DNA from: Selaginella moellendorffii
Lineage: Eukaryota > Plantae > Lycopodiophyta
Length of the DNA: 64,000 nucleotides
Reading direction: 5' to 3'
NCBI RefSeq assembly: GCF_000143415.4
Contig: NW_003314293.1
Location: forward strand, 651,763 to 715,762
Position 1 is the first letter of the stretch, and each line of letters begins with the position of its first letter. This document shows positions 58,462-64,000 of this stretch, one piece after another. The notes under the pieces were generated by a model. It was given only the letters and a program-made list of their open reading frames with translations, was not told the DNA's origin and searched no databases. A program made the translations under genes and the position numbers.

Positions 58462-59191
58462 TGGGCAGCCTTCCAGATCGAAACACCGCAAACTTGGACG
58501 CCACCGAGTGTGAGAAAGGAATCCCATGGACGCCCAAGAACTCCTCGAGCATCGCCCTCACTCTCTCCGGATCCGGCGTCTCACACTCCACCTCGTACGC
58601 TGTCCCAAACGCGTAGCGCGTCTCGTCCAGCTCCAGCTTCTCGCCCTCCCACTCGAAAACCTGGCGCGTGTTCTTGAATCCCCCCAGGCACACGAATTCC
58701 GTGACCCCGAATTCGCGCACCACTCTCTGGACGATCGCGCTGGTCACCGCCGGGAGCTTGGATGGATCGCCCACGCATTCCCTGCCGGTGGCGGCGTCCA
58801 GATCCTCCTCGCTCTCCTCCACCCGGCTCACACCATTCTCCAGGATCGCGCGCGCCTTGAGCGACACCACGCAGCGCGCATCGCCGTTGTAGAAGCGCAG
58901 GCGAAGAACCGCGCGCCGCGCCGAGAGCTCGGCATTGGCACCGTCGAAGAAGAGATTCTCCTGCTCGTGCTTGATCTTGAAGTAGGGCAAGAGGATCTCC
59001 GCGAGCCGGGCGTGCGATCGATCGTCCGGGAGCGTGAGCTTCACCTCAACCTCCATGCCCGCTGCCGCTGACCTAATTCGAGGCGATCGAGCTAGGGCAT
59101 TCGCGTGGAGGAGAGATTTCTTCATCCCTCGCGAGGAAGGAAATCCTGGCAATTGCGGGAGCTGGGAGATTCTCGCGAGCGCGGACGCCAT
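58442..59191 (-). CDS. Triphosphate tunnel metalloenzyme 3-like (CYTH) with N-terminal extension, intronless
   Basis: MEVEVKL (ExExK), QENLFFDG, VLRLRFY, LGGFKNTR, LELDET..YEVECE and SKFAVFRSG. Confidence 0.92.
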   Translation of the reverse strand: MASALARISQLPQLPGFPSSRGMKKSLLHANALARSPRIRSAAAGMEVEVKLTLPDDRSHARLAEILLPYFKIKHEQENLFFDGANAELSARRAVLRLRFYNGDARCVVSLKARAILENGVSRVEESEEDLDAATGRECVGDPSKLPAVTSAIVQRVVREFGVTEFVCLGGFKNTRQVFEWEGEKLELDETRYAFGTAYEVECETPDPERVRAMLEEFLGVHGIPFSHSVASKFAVFRSGRLPSDEMME

Positions 59192-59281
59192 AGCTGCCCC
59201 AAAATCTTCTCAAAAACAAGACCGCTTTCTTCTTCCCTTCAAGAATTTCTCCTAAGATCCAGGAAATCCTCCACATTTCTT

Positions 59282-59530
59282 TCAAGCTCGCGAGGCCGGG
59301 CCATTCGCAAGAGCAGCAGTGGCAGTGGCAGTAGCGCCGCCTTGGACAGCGGCCGATTCGCGGCGGAGCTCCTTCACAACAGCCGCGAGCGCTTCCGGAT
59401 TCACGCCGTGCTCGCAGAGCGCGATGCAAATCGAGAGCGTCTTGCGATCCAGACCTGTGTTGAGAAGATTTGCGATGTGGTGCGCGAGATCCAGGGCCTC
59501 CCTCGCCCGCTGCAAGCCCACGCCCTCCAT
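59282..59530 (-). CDS. MZT1: Mitotic-spindle organizing protein 1 (MZT1/GIP1)
   Basis: [50 protein letters not shown] is the MOZART1 signature. Confidence 0.95.
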   Translation of the reverse strand: MEGVGLQRAREALDLAHHIANLLNTGLDRKTLSICIALCEHGVNPEALAAVVKELRRESAAVQGGATATATAALANGPASRA

Positions 59531-59860
59531 CCCGCTAGAACCCTAGCGGGAAATTCCGGAACGATCTGGACCGTCCATCTGGCGGCTCATTACACTGCCT
59601 AGGTTTGCTCGATCAGCGATGGGATTGATTGAAGCGCTCTCACGGACGAATCGCCTTGGTGTGTCCTCTCCTCTTTCTTGTGCTCGATCGCTCTTCTTTA
59701 CATGATCCTCGTTTCCTGCAGCTACTTTCGTTGTCCCGGCTCTAAAAGATCAAGAAATGCGCGTCGTTTGAGCTTCCTCTTCGATCGACGAGGAATCGAA
59801 GAGAATGAGCAGCGATCGTCGACGCTCTTCTTACATCTGGTAAAATTCGGTGAAGAATCG

Positions 59861-60721
59861 ATGACCGCTTCCTTCTTTTTCTCTACAGAAATCTTCTTTC
59901 TGAATCATTCGGGGCCTAAGCTTTCCATGCAGGTGGTACGATAAGAGCTTGAATTTCTTCCGTGACCGCAGCGCCAAGCAAGAACTGACGACTCGATCAT
60001 CCAAAACTCTCACGGACTTGGATTGCTGCTCGGTTTGCCAGGAGCAATTCACTCTTCCTTGTCAAGCGAATTGCACACACTGGTTCTGTGGTACGTCTTA
60101 AGTTCTTCCAGGCTTGGTTGAGAACTTATCTTCGTTTTTTCCTCTTTGTTTGAGAACTTATCTTCGTTTCTTTCTTCTTTCCTTTCAGGAGAATGTATTC
60201 TCAGAGTGTGGGAGTATGGATCAGCGTTACTCCCTTGTAAATGTCCCATTTGTCGACAACCAATCACTCACTTGTGGCCTAGCGAATTTTCTACGACTGA
60301 AGAGGCTACGAATTTCATGCCACTGCTGACTGACATCGCGACTTACAATCTTAACTTCGATAGCCGAGTGATCACCATTTTGCGAGTAAGTTTTCCTACT
60401 TTTCAAAGTTCTCGCTTATGCTCTGGAGTTCTTTCTTAGCGCTGGCTACACTGGGTGATCTTCCAGCTGAAATTCCCCGACACAGAGGTTCGGTGTCTCC
60501 ACGTTCTTCACTTCCTTTTTGTGAGTGAAACTTTCGAGCTTAGATGGTTTTGTTTTAACTTAAGCTCTTGCAGCTCCTGGTTCTCGCTCTTTACGTCGTT
60601 TGCACGCTCAATCTCATACTCGAAGGTAAGCTGGCTATTCGGGTACGTTTGTAAGAGCGCTCCAGGTTCAGTGACAGATGGAGATCTTTACAAGCTCGTT
60701 CAAGCTCTCCAGGCTTTGTAA
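59861..60721 (+). CDS. RNF170-like C3HC4 RING E3 ligase (boundaries approximate)
   Basis: CSVCQEQFTLPCQANCTHWFC|GECILRVW..CKCPICRQPIT, then YN..F and hydrophobic C-terminal exons. Confidence 0.75.
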
Positions 60722-60800
60722 ATACTTCTCCGAGGCAAACTAAAGTAGGATCCTTTTCGATCGGCTTCGAGGGTTTGGACAGACAGTGAAGAAAGAGTTC

Positions 60801-61550
60801 ATGGAACTTAATGCGGCACACAGATGGGTCGCGGGTTTCAACGTTGCCGAGGGAAAATCCGGACTGCGTGTGCTGTGTTCTACCAGGAGTCTTCCCAGAC
60901 TACCGATAATGAGGGGCCGGAAGCTGGGAAGAGAGGCAATTCTCACTGTACAGAGCTTGAAGAGAGCCAAAGGTGTCCGGGAGGAGATGGAACAAGTGCT
61001 CAAGTCTCAGGTGTCCCGGCTTCTCAAGACTGACATGCTCGAAGTTCTGCGGGAGCTACACAGGCAAAACGACTGTGTTCTAGCTTACGAGGTAACCAAA
61101 GTTCTCGGTGTTCTCTCGTTCTAACTTTGCAAACAGGTTTTCAAGCTCATACGAAAGGAAATGTGGTACAAGCCCGACTCGCAGCTCTACTCCAGCATGA
61201 TGAGCTTGATGGGAATGAACGCTCGACTTCGCGACGTAGAGGTACTGTTTCAGGAGCTCCAGGGAGAAATGCTGCCGGATGGGCTGGTTTACACTGAGCT
61301 CATGACGGCTTACTTGAGATGCGAGAGACCAAACGATGCGATCGACACATTCCAGGAGATGAAGCAACTGGGGCTCACGGTGGAGCTCAAAACTTTCACC
61401 ACTCTGGCCAAATGGTTGGAGAAAAAAGGCCTTGGCGAGGAAGCTAGCGCTGTGAGAGCCGAATGCGAGGAGAAGTATCCAAGACGAAGAAGAAAGAATG
61501 AAGAAGAACAAGGCAAAAAACCAAGCTCGCGTAAGCGTGGACAAAGCTAA
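60801..61550 (+). CDS. THA8-like short PPR protein (intron 61092-61136)
   Basis: LGREAILTVQSLKR..SRLLKTDMLEVLRELHRQN..VFKLIRKEMWYKPD..Y matches the THA8/THA8L pattern. Confidence 0.85.
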
Positions 61551-61619
61551 CGAGAAATTTAATCCCAGAGATATGCGTGGGTATATTCTTCTCTCTATCT
61601 GGGCTTAGGGTTTTAGGGG

Positions 61620-62879
61620 ATGCAGCGCTCGAGGCGCGTTGCGCAGCAGGGATTCAAGGCGCTGTCTGGATTTCGAGTCTTTAAGGAGGATTCTTCGTCG
61701 TTGTGGCATTGGCAGCAGCGCCGCGGATTGAAGATCGATGGATCGGAGGTGAGAAGAGCGCAATGCGGCATTGGATTTGCTTTGATCGAGTGTGGTTTTG
61801 TGTAGGTGAGAGTCGGGCAGATTTTGGAGCGCAAAGGTAATGCTCTTCTGTGCGTTGTTCTTTCTTTCTCTTTTTCTGACAGGCAGTGATCACTCATAGG
61901 GCGCCTTGTGCAGGTTAATTTCATGTCTTTCTTTGTTTTTTTTTGTGTGATAAGCTTTTTTTTCTTCGGCTCTTTCAGGTTATAAAGATCGCTCATGCTC
62001 ATGGAGGCCGTGGTGGAGCTACAATTCCGGTTTGATTTTCTAGATCCACCAATTTCATTAACTGAGACCTTTTTATTCCTTTATTCTTTTTTCTCTCGCT
62101 TGCTTGCAGATCGAGTACAAGGATCTGATCAGCGGGATCAAGTCAACTGAGCGTTTGCGAACCTCAGAATCGGTGGAAAGTACGTTGATTTCCCCAAAAT
62201 TCCATTGTGATACTAAACGTCCTAGTGCGCAGGAGTGGCTGTCGATTCGAAAACCTTTACATATCTGTACGACGAGGGACAAATGGCGATTTTGATGGAG
62301 TAAGTGCGCACATGTTTCTTCCAAGATGTAGCTGACGCGTTTGCAGTCCAAAAACGTTCGACCAGGTTACAGTGGACAAAGAGCTCTTTGGAACTGGAGC
62401 TTCATATCTTTCAGGTGTGTCGTTTTGCGATTCCAAATCTCAGGAAAAAATGAGTTGTGTGTGATTTTGTTCTAGATGGAATGTCTGTGACGGTGCAAAT
62501 GCACGAGGGTAAACCAGTGACTGCTTCGGTACCAGTTTCTCTGACATGCAAAGTGGTCGAAGCTGAGCCTTTTATGAAAGGCCAGACCCAAGCTGCAGCG
62601 TAAGTTGCTATTTTCAAGCATCCTTTTGACTCCTGGCCACAGGTACAAGCACATCACGCTAGAAAATGGCAAAATAATCATGGTGAGTTTTGAGTTTTCT
62701 CCTTCCGCATTCTACAATGGTGAACTCTCGTCTTTGCAGGCCCCTTGCTTCATCGTTAGTGGAGACCAGATAGTTGTCAACACAGTGGAAGACACTTACG
62801 TGACAAGGTTAGGATGCATTCTCTTTTATGCCGAACAGTGGTCTTCATGTTCTGCTTCTACAGAGCTTCCAAAGAATAA
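61620..62879 (+). CDS. EFP: Elongation factor P, organellar (probably mitochondrial), multi-exon
   Basis: QQRRG presequence end, VRVGQILE, GGRGGATI, ERLRTSESVE, YLY, TCKVVEAEP..KG, LENG..APCFI..GD.IVVNT..YVTR. Telo-box-like TTAGGGTTTTAGGG immediately upstream. Confidence 0.88.
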
Positions 62880-63227
62880 CAAACACGACTCTCTTCCAAG
62901 GAAGAGTAATCTCGGGGAGTTTAAAGAGTATCAAACAAAAGGTACTTTGCGGCGTTCAGTTTCAGTCCTAATTGCCTTACATCCTCCCGACAAAGCTTCC
63001 CTGGCTTTTAAGGATTTCTAGAGGGCGAGACTTCTTCTCTGGCCGGTGTGAAGAGACCGGGGAGGGGACCATTTCAAGCCAGATCTATTTCACGTGGTAT
63101 CCGACGGAATAACTTGTGCCAATGGTTCTCCGTCCGTCGCCGTGTTGGGTTCCTTTTGACGCGCTAGAGGAGTAGACATATAGACTTTCTGGGATCTGGA
63201 AGAAGAGCAGTGCTTCTCTAGAGCAAG

Positions 63228-64000
63228 ATGGGGGATAGTGAGCAGCACAGGCATTGGGAATGGTCCAGGCTTCCAGCTGAGCTCCGACACAGGATTCTTC
63301 ATCTTCTTCCGCTCTCTTCGGCTCTCGTCGCCCGAGCGGTATGCAAGGATTGGAAAGACTCGCTCTCGACGTGGTCTGGGCGGAAGTCGTGGTTTCTGGT
63401 GAAGGACGAGCAAGTCGAGCAAGAAGGCAGCTTGAAGTGGTCAATGGTTGATGCGGAGACAGGCAGCTGGATTCGTCTCGGTGGCCTCTCGCGCTTTGCG
63501 ACTTCCGTGGCTGCCGGGGACGGCCTGGTGTGCCTGTGCGTGGGGAATTCCGCGAGGCCCGAGTTTTACGTGGGGAATCCATTGTTTGAGAAGTCATGGC
63601 AGAAGCTACCGGAGCTCCCTCCGCTCAAGACTTTGACACTGGCGAGGCTGGTGCTGAGTGCCTCGGCGCTTACATGCGTCCTGGGCATTGTTTCCGAGGA
63701 GCCACCGGGTGTTACTGTCAGCGCCAGTGTCACTAGCAACAGCGGCAGTGGATCTTCAGGCTTCAAGGTCCTGGTTGGACGCTGCGGGTACATCGTTGTG
63801 TACGAGTCGCGAGCTGGAAAGTGGCGAGAGGTACAGGGAGACACGCCGGCGCTGGCTCTTCAGCTTCTCCAGGAGTCGGACGAGCGCAGCATTGTGCCGG
63901 TGAGACGAGGATCCCAGCTGCTGTGGTCGCCGCTCCGATCCAGCGGAGGTATAGTTGGTTTCGATTTCGCAGCTCTCACTTGGTTTGTCTTGGAAGCAAC
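63228..64000 (+). CDS. F-box protein (truncated by window end)
   Basis: WSRLPAELRHRILHLLPLSSALVARAVCKDW F-box, then AAGDGLVCL..YVGNPL..WQKLP. Open to the window end, so absent from the ORF track. Confidence 0.88.
   Translation, partial: MGDSEQHRHWEWSRLPAELRHRILHLLPLSSALVARAVCKDWKDSLSTWSGRKSWFLVKDEQVEQEGSLKWSMVDAETGSWIRLGGLSRFATSVAAGDGLVCLCVGNSARPEFYVGNPLFEKSWQKLPELPPLKTLTLARLVLSASALTCVLGIVSEEPPGVTVSASVTSNSGSGSSGFKVLVGRCGYIVVYESRAGKWREVQGDTPALALQLLQESDERSIVPVRRGSQLLWSPLRSSGGIVGFDFAALTWFVLEA

Noticed and set aside
59056-59281. CDC26 uORF expected upstream of TTM3
   Set aside because: No MLRRKP-like ORF in any frame.

Overview
Eukaryotic plant nuclear DNA. The very short introns (about 45-80 nt), tiny intergenic gaps, many intronless PLS-class PPR genes and a nuclear-encoded mitochondrial-type rpl16 point to a lycophyte such as Selaginella (inference). 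About 24 protein-coding genes are recognisable: PHOSPHO1-like phosphatase, CCA-adding enzyme, GID1/CXE-family carboxylesterase, five PPR genes (one DYW, one frameshifted, one THA8-like), aldehyde oxidase-like molybdo-flavoenzyme, ARD, PI-PLC-X, HSPA12-type Hsp70, S28 peptidase, ankyrin protein, RPL16, SRC2-like C2 protein, PIG-B, TTM/CYTH, MZT1, RNF170-like, EF-P and an F-box protein. A 9.4-kb AT-rich decayed-element island and a 100-N gap are also present. The standout is an intronless tandem pair on the minus strand, only 29 nt apart. The first gene encodes a possibly myristoylated non-RD TKL kinase with SEL1-like repeats (40908-43781). The second encodes a HET-S/HeLo-like helical domain fused to an MLKL-like pseudokinase (39520-40878). 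Together they form a candidate RIPK-MLKL-like cell-death/immune module. Decayed copies of the kinase, shuffled with PPR and FtsH2 fragments, flank the cluster in inverted orientation. Other notable items: a miRNA-like hairpin, a possible MZT1-TTM bicistron, and a direct duplication that brackets PIG-B. All family calls come from manual motif recognition; no searches were run.
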